Part shown: piece by piece, positions 1 to 9,200 of the stretch
How positions within the stretch are numbered: the first letter of the stretch is position 1
Layout of the letters: each line of letters begins with the position of its first letter
Assembly: GCA_041697335.1 (NCBI GenBank)
Contig: JBGUGD010000007.1
Coordinates: forward strand, 64,001-128,000
Direction of reading: 5' to 3'
DNA length: 64,000 nt
Source: Vampirovibrionaceae bacterium NZW_1234
Lineage (GTDB): Bacteria; Cyanobacteriota; Vampirovibrionia; Vampirovibrionales; JAGQHJ01
The notes under the pieces: generated by a model
Told to the model about the DNA's origin: nothing
Database searches by the model: none
Seen by the model: the letters and a program-made list of their open reading frames with translations, nothing else
Translations under genes and position numbers: made by a program

Positions 1-160
1 GGACTCTGATTCTGACTCTTCCAGGTTCCACCGGTGGTGTTGAAGATGCCTTAAATGCTGTCTTTCCAGCAGTACTGCACGCGTATAAAATGCTCTGGGG
101 AGGAGGCCATGGTGAGGCTGCTTCTTCTACGCAAGAACCATCTGAGGTGTCTACTGTTCA

Positions 161-1384
161 ATGATTTCCTATGAGGAAGCCCTTCAGATAGTGCAAGACG
201 CCATTTCTCCTTTGGGTGAAACGGTATTGCCACTCGACTTGGCATTGGGGGCTGTTTTGTCTAAGCCGGTTGTTGCACCGTTTGATATTCCTCTGTTTGA
301 TAACTCGGCTGTGGATGGTTATGGGATTCGTGTTGAGGATGTCCCAGGGGCTTCGTCGGAAGCGCCGGTTTCTCTGACCTTGGCCGGAAAAGTCCCTGCG
401 GGTCATTTACAAGCAGAGGCTTTTGAAGCGGGTACCTCGGTTCAGATATTAACGGGGGCCCCGGTCCCACCCGGTGTTGACGCTGTGGTGATGCAAGAGT
501 ATACCGCTGTGCAAGATGGTGTTGTTGTCTTTCGACGAGGTGCCAATTTGGGAGAAAATATTCGTCTCCGGGGCGAGGAGTTTTCTCAAGGCAGTGTTGT
601 TATGCCCGCCGGAACACCGTTGAATCCAGCCGGTATTGGGATGTTGTCAACCTTAGGACTTACCAAAGTCAGCGCGTATCGCAAGCCCAAGGTTGCCCTT
701 GTGATTACGGGCAACGAATTAATACCGCCGGGTCAACCTCTTGAGCCTGGGAAGATTTATGAATCAAACACGGTTACATTGAAGGCTGCACTCGCCCTTC
801 TAGGTTTAACGGACATTTCTGTTTTTACGGTTCAGGATGATTCTGAAGCGACTCAGGCGATCCTTCGCCAGGCGATGGACTATGCTGATGTCACTATTTC
901 CAGTGGCGGGGTTTCCGTGGGGGAGTTCGATTTTGTGAAGGAAGGGTTTCTCTCGCTGGGCATTCAGCCACACTTTTGGAAAGTTGCGATTAAGCCTGGC
1001 AAACCTGTGTTTTTCGGTACCTCGCCTGGCAAGGTGGTGTTTGGCTTGCCTGGGAATCCTGTTGCAGTCCTTTTAACATTTCATTTTTTGGTGCGTCCTG
1101 CCTTATTAAAAATGATGGGGTACACTCCAGCGCCACCCTTACCTATTCAAGCTCGTTTGGCTAAAACGTTAAAAAAACGTCCAGGAAGGATGGAATGGGT
1201 TCGAGGACATTTATCGGCGGATCACTTGGGTGAGTACACAGTTACACCAACACTAGGGCAAGGTTCTCATATGTTGGGTGGTTTGGCTACAGCGAATGCT
1301 ATTATTGTTTTTCCTGAGAACGACGCTCTTTTGCCTGAAGGCTCCGTTGTACTCGTATATCCTTTACATTGGGGGATTTGTTGA
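161..1384 (+). CDS. moeA: molybdopterin molybdotransferase MoeA (gephyrin-like)
   Basis: 407 aa; FDNSAVDGYG, ILTGAPVPPGVDAVVMQE, TGNEL, SSGGVSVGEFD, IKPGKP and GLPGNP motifs. Confidence 0.96.
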   Translation: MISYEEALQIVQDAISPLGETVLPLDLALGAVLSKPVVAPFDIPLFDNSAVDGYGIRVEDVPGASSEAPVSLTLAGKVPAGHLQAEAFEAGTSVQILTGAPVPPGVDAVVMQEYTAVQDGVVVFRRGANLGENIRLRGEEFSQGSVVMPAGTPLNPAGIGMLSTLGLTKVSAYRKPKVALVITGNELIPPGQPLEPGKIYESNTVTLKAALALLGLTDISVFTVQDDSEATQAILRQAMDYADVTISSGGVSVGEFDFVKEGFLSLGIQPHFWKVAIKPGKPVFFGTSPGKVVFGLPGNPVAVLLTFHFLVRPALLKMMGYTPAPPLPIQARLAKTLKKRPGRMEWVRGHLSADHLGEYTVTPTLGQGSHMLGGLATANAIIVFPENDALLPEGSVVLVYPLHWGIC

Positions 1385-1638
1385 TGTCACCGGCGTTAAA
1401 GACAATCCATATTCACTATTTTGCAATTTTGCGAGAACAACGAGGTGTTAGTCACGAAAGTCTGCAAACGGCTGCGGTCACGGCAAAAGATCTGTATGAG
1501 ACCTTACAAAAACAGTTCTCGTTTACGTTGTCTCTCGACATGGTTAAAGTGGCCATCAACCAATGCTTTCAACCTATGGAGACACCTTTGAAAGAGGCGG
1601 ATCATGTGGTGTTTATTCCACCCGTAGCCGGAGGCTGA
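1384..1638 (+). CDS. moaD: molybdopterin synthase sulfur carrier MoaD/ThiS
   Basis: ATG at 1384 overlaps the moeA TGA; YFAILRE N-terminus; ends FIPPVAGG (di-Gly). Confidence 0.93.
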   Translation: MSPALKTIHIHYFAILREQRGVSHESLQTAAVTAKDLYETLQKQFSFTLSLDMVKVAINQCFQPMETPLKEADHVVFIPPVAGG

Positions 1639-1640
1639 GC

Positions 1641-3161
1641 ATGTTTGAACTGACTGAGACCTTATTGGATCCTGAGCAACTCAAATCTCGGTTAACAGAC
1701 CCGAGGGCAGGAGCCTGTGTGACCTTTGAGGGTTGGGTGCGGAACCATAATGAAGGACGCCAAGTCATTTCCTTGGAGTATGAAGCCTTTACAGAGCTTG
1801 CCAAAATTGAAGCCACAAGAATATTAGAAGAAGCCAAAGACCGCTTTTCGCTCTTACAGGTCTATGCTGTCCATCGAACTGGTACATTGGCTATTGGTGA
1901 TATGGCTGTGTGGGTTGGGGTGAGCGCCCCACATCGAAAGGAAGCTTTTGATGGGTGTCGCTATATTATTGATGAAATTAAGCATCGTTTACCGATTTGG
2001 AAGAAAGAGACTTATATTGAAGGCGATTCCGGCTGGGTTAACTGTGAGCACTGTGTGAATACTCAGGGGCATTCTCATGTTTCCATTACCCCTGAACTGT
2101 ATTATTCTCGCCAAGAACAATTGCCAGACATGTCGAAAAGCGGATCTGAGCGCTTGCGAGGGTCAAAGGTCCTTGTGGTTGGAGCTGGTGGACTGGGATC
2201 TCCAGTGCTGGTGGCTTTGGCGCAAGCGGGTGTTGGCACTCTGGGAATTTGTGACTTTGATGTCGTCGCGGTTTCTAATCTTCATCGCCAATGCTTGTAC
2301 ACGGTCGAGCAGGTGGGCCTTCCTAAAGTGACGGCAGCACAAGAGACTCTCAGCTCAATCAATCCCTTTATTCAGCTTCATCTTCATGAGATGCACCTGG
2401 CGCCAGATAATGCCGCCAATCTGTTCCGTCAGTACGATCTGGTTTTAGGGTGCACCGATAATTTTGATACTCAGTTTCTCTTGAGTGACATGGCACTCTT
2501 GACGGGCACGCCCGTGATTCAGGCCAGTGTGTATCAATACGAAGGGTGGCTTCATGGCATTTTTCCACGTGAACAGGAGGCGTGTTTGCGTTGCTTGTGG
2601 CCTATACAGCCAATGCCTGGATGTACAGGTGTTTGCAGTGATGTAGGAACACTTGGAGCGGTCGTGAATACGCTAGGCTCGCTTCAAGCCATGGAAGCCT
2701 TGAAGTTTCTCCTGAATATGCCTCGGAGCCTCACTTCAGATACCTTACTACTTGTTGATTTACTGAGTATGTCCATTCAGACAATTCGGCAGCCTGGCAA
2801 TGACGCTTGTCCTTTGTGTCGTCAACATTCGGATTTAAAATCCGTTGATAAATTCCATTCGGTGCTCAGGGATGAATCTATAGAAATAAATGTTGAGCAG
2901 CTGTCTAACGGGATTTTGATTGATATCCGAGAATTGCATGAACGGCATAGACCAATTCCGGATGGCTGCAACGTGCTCTGGATGCCTCTAAGCCAATTTT
3001 CGCCTGACGCCCTTGAGCCTCAAAAATCTTATATATTATGCTGTTCTCACGGTGTGCGCAGTCGCTATTTGGCCCGTCAGCTCCGAGGACAAGGAATTGA
3101 CGCATATTCGTTACGTGGTGGTCTGCTTGCCTTAGACAACGGCAGCACCGTTTCCTGTTGA
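1641..3161 (+). CDS. moaE-moeB: fused MoaE (molybdopterin synthase catalytic subunit) / MoeB-ThiF adenylyltransferase / rhodanese
   Basis: ATG at 1641 just after the moaD stop; MoaE motifs GACVTFEGWVR, LEYEA, HRTG, PIWKKE; MoeB motifs VVGAGGLG, SNLHRQ, CLRC...CPLC; C-terminal rhodanese DIRE...CSHGVRS...SLRGGL; one continuous frame. Confidence 0.9.
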   Translation: MFELTETLLDPEQLKSRLTDPRAGACVTFEGWVRNHNEGRQVISLEYEAFTELAKIEATRILEEAKDRFSLLQVYAVHRTGTLAIGDMAVWVGVSAPHRKEAFDGCRYIIDEIKHRLPIWKKETYIEGDSGWVNCEHCVNTQGHSHVSITPELYYSRQEQLPDMSKSGSERLRGSKVLVVGAGGLGSPVLVALAQAGVGTLGICDFDVVAVSNLHRQCLYTVEQVGLPKVTAAQETLSSINPFIQLHLHEMHLAPDNAANLFRQYDLVLGCTDNFDTQFLLSDMALLTGTPVIQASVYQYEGWLHGIFPREQEACLRCLWPIQPMPGCTGVCSDVGTLGAVVNTLGSLQAMEALKFLLNMPRSLTSDTLLLVDLLSMSIQTIRQPGNDACPLCRQHSDLKSVDKFHSVLRDESIEINVEQLSNGILIDIRELHERHRPIPDGCNVLWMPLSQFSPDALEPQKSYILCCSHGVRSRYLARQLRGQGIDAYSLRGGLLALDNGSTVSC

Positions 3162-3176
3162 TTTGAGAGTACCGGA

Positions 3177-3917
3177 GTGGAAGGATTCGTTTATAGCTTG
3201 ATTTTTTGTGTCGCTGCTTTGTATGCGTCGGTGGGTCATGGCGGCGCTTCGGGTTATTTGGCGGTTATGTCCACTTTAACAATAGTATCACCTCAGGAAA
3301 TGGCAACGACTGCATTAGTTCTGAATCTGGTTGTATCTGGTATTGCTTTTTTCAACTATGCTCAAGCCGGTTTCTTTAGACTTGGATTGACATGGCCTTT
3401 TTTAATATTGTCTATTCCATTGGCGTTTTTAGGTGGGTTGATGCCATTAAAAGATTCACATTATTATGCTCTATTAGCATTGGTCTTGGCCTTTGTCGCG
3501 ATTCGCTTAATTGTACCGTCCACACTTTCTGTCATTGACACAGACACGAAAGCACCATCAAAGCCCTTGGCTTTAGGGGCAGGTGCTGCCATTGGTTTGC
3601 TTTCGGGGATGATTGGGATTGGTGGGGGCATTTTTTTAAGCCCGCTTATGGTGATGTGTCGTTGGGCCAAGACCAAAGAGATAAGCGCCACGGCAGCATG
3701 TTTTATCCTGGTAAACTCTATAGCAGGTCTGGCAGGACGTCAGGTGCAGCACTACGTTGCAATGTCGGATATTTTGTTTTATTTACTCCCAGCACTTTTG
3801 GGTGGTATTATCGGTTCGTATTTTGGTGCTCGAAAATTACCAAGCCCTCGGTTGAAACAGCTTTTAGGGCTTGTATTATTGATTGCCGTAGCAAAAATGC
3901 TCACTCGAGTTTTCTAG
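3177..3917 (+). CDS. sulfite exporter TauE/SafE family membrane protein
   Basis: YASVGHGGASGY and SGMIGIGGGIFLSP repeats; about 8 hydrophobic segments. Confidence 0.9.
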   Translation: MEGFVYSLIFCVAALYASVGHGGASGYLAVMSTLTIVSPQEMATTALVLNLVVSGIAFFNYAQAGFFRLGLTWPFLILSIPLAFLGGLMPLKDSHYYALLALVLAFVAIRLIVPSTLSVIDTDTKAPSKPLALGAGAAIGLLSGMIGIGGGIFLSPLMVMCRWAKTKEISATAACFILVNSIAGLAGRQVQHYVAMSDILFYLLPALLGGIIGSYFGARKLPSPRLKQLLGLVLLIAVAKMLTRVF

Positions 3918-5683
3918 GCTCTGGCATTAACCCGTTCATAAGTGCGTACAAAACCGGCTTGGGTGAGTTGGCAGTCCGGCTCCAATTCCAGGGTTTGATG
4001 ATAATAATCCAGCGCTTCCTGGTCTTGACCCATCACCTCATAGCAAGCGGCAATATAATACAAGGCATGGCTGTCCGGCCCAAACAAGGCAATGGCTTGT
4101 TGATACGATGCAAGGCATTCTTCAAACCGATCCAAACCGTAATAGAGTTTGCCTAACCAATACAATGTATTGAAATCTTTCCGAATCAGGAAAAAGTTGT
4201 CTTGGACCATGCTCATGGCATCAATCAGGGTTTGGCGCTGTTGCATGTCCAGATGAGGCAAGATGGTATCCAGATAAGGACCAATAAAGTAGAAGACAAT
4301 GGGATCGCAGTTGCAGAGTTTGAGGAGGGACATGCACCCCCGAAATACGCTCACCGGGTTTGATACTTGAAGAGAGTGAATCAAATCTTGCGAAAAATAC
4401 AAGTTATTGATTGGGTTTTCTCGATCGACTTTCTCTGAAAAATAATAGCGACTGTGACTGAATGACGGTTTTTCGTTTTCTGGAGCTAAAATTCCGAAAA
4501 CAGTTGATAGACAGACATCTTTGTCTTGTGTCGCGAAAAAGAGCCCACCCTGGTTGGTAAAAAATTGTCCAATGGCATGGTAGTTCACCATGAAGGAAAA
4601 TGACCCGTGTAGCGCATAGTTTTGGTCCCAATGGTCCAACATGTATTCAGGGTAGGTAAAGCCTTTATCAGACGAAATTAGTGCCAGTTTATTCTGGCCG
4701 ATGGCTTGTAAATTTCGGAGGCACTTAAACGAGCTGATGGGAAACAGAACGCTGGCGTTGCGGTATGTATCTTGATACTGCCGCAAGATGGTATTAAGTA
4801 CAGGGTCAGGGTAATAATTGCTGGAGACTTTGACGAAGTGTTCTGTCTTACGGATCTCTTGCAGTGTGGGGGCTTTATAGCGGTTTTCATCGTTTACGGG
4901 GCGATAGAAATTGACACGCCCTTCCATTAACTGCCCGTTTTCAATGCGGAACAGATCGTGGCGAATGGTGTCGAAAAAGTAGTTGGCAACAGCAACAACG
5001 GGATTGGATACTTCGCCCTGTTTCAGCGTTCGTTTTGTGCGGCGTAAGTAAAGCTCGGTGTCATCTTCAGGGCGGAAAACGGCAAAATCAATGAGCCCCT
5101 GCTCGGCATAAGGCTTGAACTTAGGGTTCGCTTCCCAAGCTTGGACGTTATTTTCCGTAAAGTCAGTCATCACATAGACCACCTGAAAGGGCCCTAGCTC
5201 GGGATAATAGGCTTTGCGCTTGGCCAACTCCTTGGTGACATAAAAACTCAATCCACCAGATCCGGCTGCTAACTCAATAACATACACCGGCTGGCTGGCA
5301 TCCAGTGTTTGGTAAGTGTCTAGCAGGAACGACAGAATGAGTTCGGCATACGTTCGCCCGATGAAGGCGTTACAGGTGGGGTAAAAGGGCACCTGATTCC
5401 AGGCTTCAATCCCGGCATTGCTGTAAAAGTCTTCCTGCATTTTCCACAGCAAGCATTCAGACAGGCGTTTGTCCGATTCCAGTACTTCATAATCCGGATT
5501 TGACAAGGCCCGTGTAAATGTTGCCGTCGCCCGATCATGCCCGCTTATCTGACTCAATGGGCTTAAGGGAATATACTGCGGCACTTCTCCCGGCTGTAAC
5601 AGAGGTTTGCTGATCGTTACCTGATCGCTATCAGTATTTTTTACTGTTTTGGATGCCCGCTTCTTTTTCTTTTGCTGTCCCAT
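3914..5683 (-). CDS. SAM-dependent methyltransferase-like (MidA/NDUFAF7-type) protein with C-terminal TPR repeats
   Basis: VIELAAGSGG SAM-binding-like motif, ANYFFD, C-terminal TPRs (LYWLGKLYY..., ALYYIAACYEVMG); start uncertain (5683, 5692 or further upstream). Confidence 0.7.
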   Translation of the reverse strand: MGQQKKKKRASKTVKNTDSDQVTISKPLLQPGEVPQYIPLSPLSQISGHDRATATFTRALSNPDYEVLESDKRLSECLLWKMQEDFYSNAGIEAWNQVPFYPTCNAFIGRTYAELILSFLLDTYQTLDASQPVYVIELAAGSGGLSFYVTKELAKRKAYYPELGPFQVVYVMTDFTENNVQAWEANPKFKPYAEQGLIDFAVFRPEDDTELYLRRTKRTLKQGEVSNPVVAVANYFFDTIRHDLFRIENGQLMEGRVNFYRPVNDENRYKAPTLQEIRKTEHFVKVSSNYYPDPVLNTILRQYQDTYRNASVLFPISSFKCLRNLQAIGQNKLALISSDKGFTYPEYMLDHWDQNYALHGSFSFMVNYHAIGQFFTNQGGLFFATQDKDVCLSTVFGILAPENEKPSFSHSRYYFSEKVDRENPINNLYFSQDLIHSLQVSNPVSVFRGCMSLLKLCNCDPIVFYFIGPYLDTILPHLDMQQRQTLIDAMSMVQDNFFLIRKDFNTLYWLGKLYYGLDRFEECLASYQQAIALFGPDSHALYYIAACYEVMGQDQEALDYYHQTLELEPDCQLTQAGFVRTYERVNARA

Positions 5684-5917
5684 GGGTCTCATTTTCCCGT
5701 AAGATGCCGTTGCTATTTTGACATAGCTGCTCCTGCAACAGATCATGCAGATAAGGGAGGTCTGCATTTTCAGTGGCAAAATCATCCGTTGCTGGCAATT
5801 GGTGATGCATTTGAGGAGAAAGCAAGCAAACTCAGTGAATTTTTAGTCTAAAGCAATTTTCGGAAGGATTGGGTTTTAATGAAATAGAAGTCGATACCAA
5901 TAATTTGAGTGACACAG

Positions 5918-6295
5918 ATGAACAACTCGGTTTCATTTTCTTCAAATACCCGTTTTGCAGGCACATTCTCCCAAATTCCTGTTCGTCACCATCAGCGGAA
6001 ATTACAGCCAACATGGATTATATTGAATCGTGAGGCTGAATTTCGAGCACCAACTCGCTTAAAGCCCAAACAACTACGGGCGTTGCTAAAATCCATGGCT
6101 CAAAAGTGGCCAAATCTTCGCATGAACCTTGAAATCAATAAAAAAATGCCGCTGCAACATTGGGCTAAAATCCAGATTGTTCCTAGCAATACTTCGGAAC
6201 AGGCACTTCTTGAGGAAACCCAGGCGGATCAGTATTTAAGGGGGCGATTGGAAAAGGTTAAGTCCCAGTTTGTTTATCACCATGGTGCTGTATGA
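5918..6295 (+). CDS. hypothetical protein with N-terminal SF...RFAG leader
   Basis: MNNSVSFSSNTRFAG start; 3' end overlaps the 3' end of the giant gene by 19 nt (convergent). Confidence 0.6.
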   Translation: MNNSVSFSSNTRFAGTFSQIPVRHHQRKLQPTWIILNREAEFRAPTRLKPKQLRALLKSMAQKWPNLRMNLEINKKMPLQHWAKIQIVPSNTSEQALLEETQADQYLRGRLEKVKSQFVYHHGAV

Positions 6296-9200
6296 TTTCT
6301 GTCGTTATAGCGTATTCTTGGCATTTGGAATTGTGTAGGAACGTTGTATCTATTTCCTTCGCCTTGTAAGTGGCTTGGTAATGCATACCCGTCAACCGTT
6401 CCATACCAGCGAGAACCTCGATCGCCTGCGAAGGCTTGAGCTTCTGACTCAAATAACTTAATTACACCTCCGACACGGGCTTGGTGAGGTATAGAGGCGC
6501 CGGCTTGCTGATTGCCTCTGTCATAACTCATAAAAAAGGTTGAACCATCGGGCCGTGTGACTTCATAAACCATCCCAAAGCCGTTATCTCGAATCTCACG
6601 TAACTCAAAGCCTCGTTGACGGAAATGATCAAGCACTTGAGCTTCCGTAGGTCGATGCGCGAGTAAGAAATTATTGGCATAGGTTTCTGCTTGGCTTCTG
6701 GTTAATCTAGCGGCCGCTTCCGGCGGGATTTCATGATAAGCCCGTTGGTCCCTTCCAGCCGGTTGCCCATGAGGCGTTGATGGACTTGGTATCGGATTCT
6801 GTGTGCGGCCCGTTGGATATATACGAATACTCCCATCCGGCATCTGAATAAAGTAGGTTCCTTGGAAGTGGGTGTTGCTACCGGTGGCATAAGTGGAGGT
6901 AATATCTTGTCCACCTACTAGCGTCGCCACATTAGCAGAAGTCATGTTTGGATGGACTCGTAAGGTTTCACCGATCACACGGGTCAGCCTGGCCTGCTCT
7001 GCCGCTGTAAACGTTGGATGCGCCCCAGAGTCAGCATAGGTTTGAGCGTTCGGGCCATGGTTACCACTTCTAAGGTTTTGAATTGCCGTGACATCCCCGC
7101 GAGCCATGGCCTCCCATAATTCCGTCATATAGGCTTCTCGGGCTCGTAGGTTTTGTAGTGTATCACCATTTAAACGTGAGCCGTGAGTATCGAGAGCCAT
7201 TGCTCTTTCCATGGCACTGTCTTGTGCTGCTCCAGAAAGACCATCAGCACGCGTCACTTCACTATCCGAAGCCTGTCTATAGCGTCTGGAAAGGGCCTGT
7301 AGTTCTGCTTGTTGTGCTCTTAGGGCTACTGGGTTGTTGCTTGCGGCAAACTCCAGAGTTTCACGCAATTGAAGTAATTCCCGTGGAACGGTTTGCCCAC
7401 CGCTTTCCAAGTTTCGAATCTGATTTCGGACACGCTGTAGGTCGGCTCGCGTCTGGTCAAAGTGTGCCATTTGCTGCGATAACTGGGAGTTTCCTTCTGA
7501 AGCCAAACGTTGTCGTGCAATAGAGACTTCAAAGGCTAGGTCGCCCGCATGAATCCGGCTGGCATTTGCCGGAATTTCAACGGTAATTGAGCCATCATTA
7601 TTGATGCGAACAGCCAGTCGGGCATTTGCATCGGAGTTTTGACGCACCTGAATTTCCCGGTTCGCAAACACATCAGAACCATTGGTAGGAATGGTGTCTT
7701 GAATAACCTGATTCACGTGATCAATAGTAGGCTTACTTAATTGACTGCTTTCACGGGCCACTGGGAACTCTTCAACGGCCCTTTGAATGGGCTCCGTCAG
7801 ATCGCTACTCCGTCTGGCCGCTTCATTGGCTCTGGGTTGGTTAGTGCGCGCTGCCGGGTCTGTTGGCTCTGTCAGGTTCATTAATCCACGACCCGCAGGG
7901 CTTGCAGTTCGGCCATTACGAATGACAGTCTCATGGTCTAAGCCTAAGCGTGTGGCTAGAGTGTCAGCCAGTTCGTTGAGACGGGTAGTATTATTTGCTC
8001 GGCGAGCTGCCATCATGTCTCGAATGAGCTGAGCGCCTTGCGTGTCACCAGTGGCTTCAAACTGAGCCAAGCGAGCCATAAGCTCTTCAGGAGCACTTAG
8101 ATAGCGGCGTACTGCCTCTTGATATTCCTGAGTAGCACGTTGTGTCTGTGCATCAACTGCTGATGATTTTGATTTCGCTTGTATTTCTCGTGTTCGGAGC
8201 AAGGCTTCTCGAGCGACGTTCAGCCGTTCTCCAGCTTGGGTTGCTTCGCGGAACATTTGATCAAAACTGGTTCCCAATTGAACGGCTTCAGGATTATTTT
8301 GCAGCCCGGACCGTCTTACGGCTTCAATCACGTCAGGGTGAATCGGTGTAGAAACCGAACGGCCATTCAACTTTGCAGCGGCAATATACGGTAACCCTTG
8401 TGCATGGGTCATCTCGTGAACGAGATGACTGTGAACTGTTGCTGCAGTAGTCTCTGAGGTGATGCCAACGCGGACAACATTTTGTGCCGGGTCATATGTG
8501 GCACCGGTCACGCCTTCAACATATTCAACTCTAGGGGCCGGTAAGGTATTTTCCATCCCTGCAGAGCGCCAAGCCTGCTCCCATTGCTGGCGGATGGTTT
8601 GCTCTGCCATGTTACGAACGGGTTCCGGTACTCTGGCAGGGTCCATCACACGTGGGCCTGAGGCGGTTTTAGCAGGAGGAGTAAGTTTACCCTTTGGTGC
8701 AATAGGCTTCTCAGCAGGAACCGTTTTGACATTTTTACCTTTTGGGGTTGTCGTTTCTGTCTCAGTCGGTTTTACTGTATCTTTGACTTTAGGTGTCGTT
8801 GTTTCTGTTTCGACTGTTGTGGTCTTACCTTTTCCTCCGGGAATGGTTTCCTCCACAGGAGTGGCGGTTTTTCCTTTGGCGATGGGTGTTTTGCCTTCTG
8901 GAGTTTCGATTACCACCGGTTTTTTCGGCACCAATACTTCTGGAGCAGTCATGCCTTTTGGTGTGGTACCTTTGGCAGGCACGGTTTCGGTAGGCTTGAC
9001 CCCGTAGGCGTCCATTAAGTGCTGCACATGAGATGGCACTTGTGGCGTAGACGGTTTGGATAAATACGCCTTTCCTGCACTTGCCAGACTATGGCCGTAG
9101 CCCAAGCCCATGTTGTAAGCGAACAGGGCGAAGTCCTCTGAGCTCATGAAGGGGCGCTCGTTGAGTTCTTTCATTTGATGGTTAATATCTGCAAGAGAGG

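Noticed and set aside
51..245. Short minus-strand ORF at the window start
   Set aside because: Overlaps moeA antisense; no motif or RBS support
1563..1640. ORF-track N-terminal extensions (e.g. 1563, 18863, 32554, 41086, 61667, 62224)
   Set aside because: They overlap neighbouring genes or lack an RBS; downstream ATGs fit the family N-termini better
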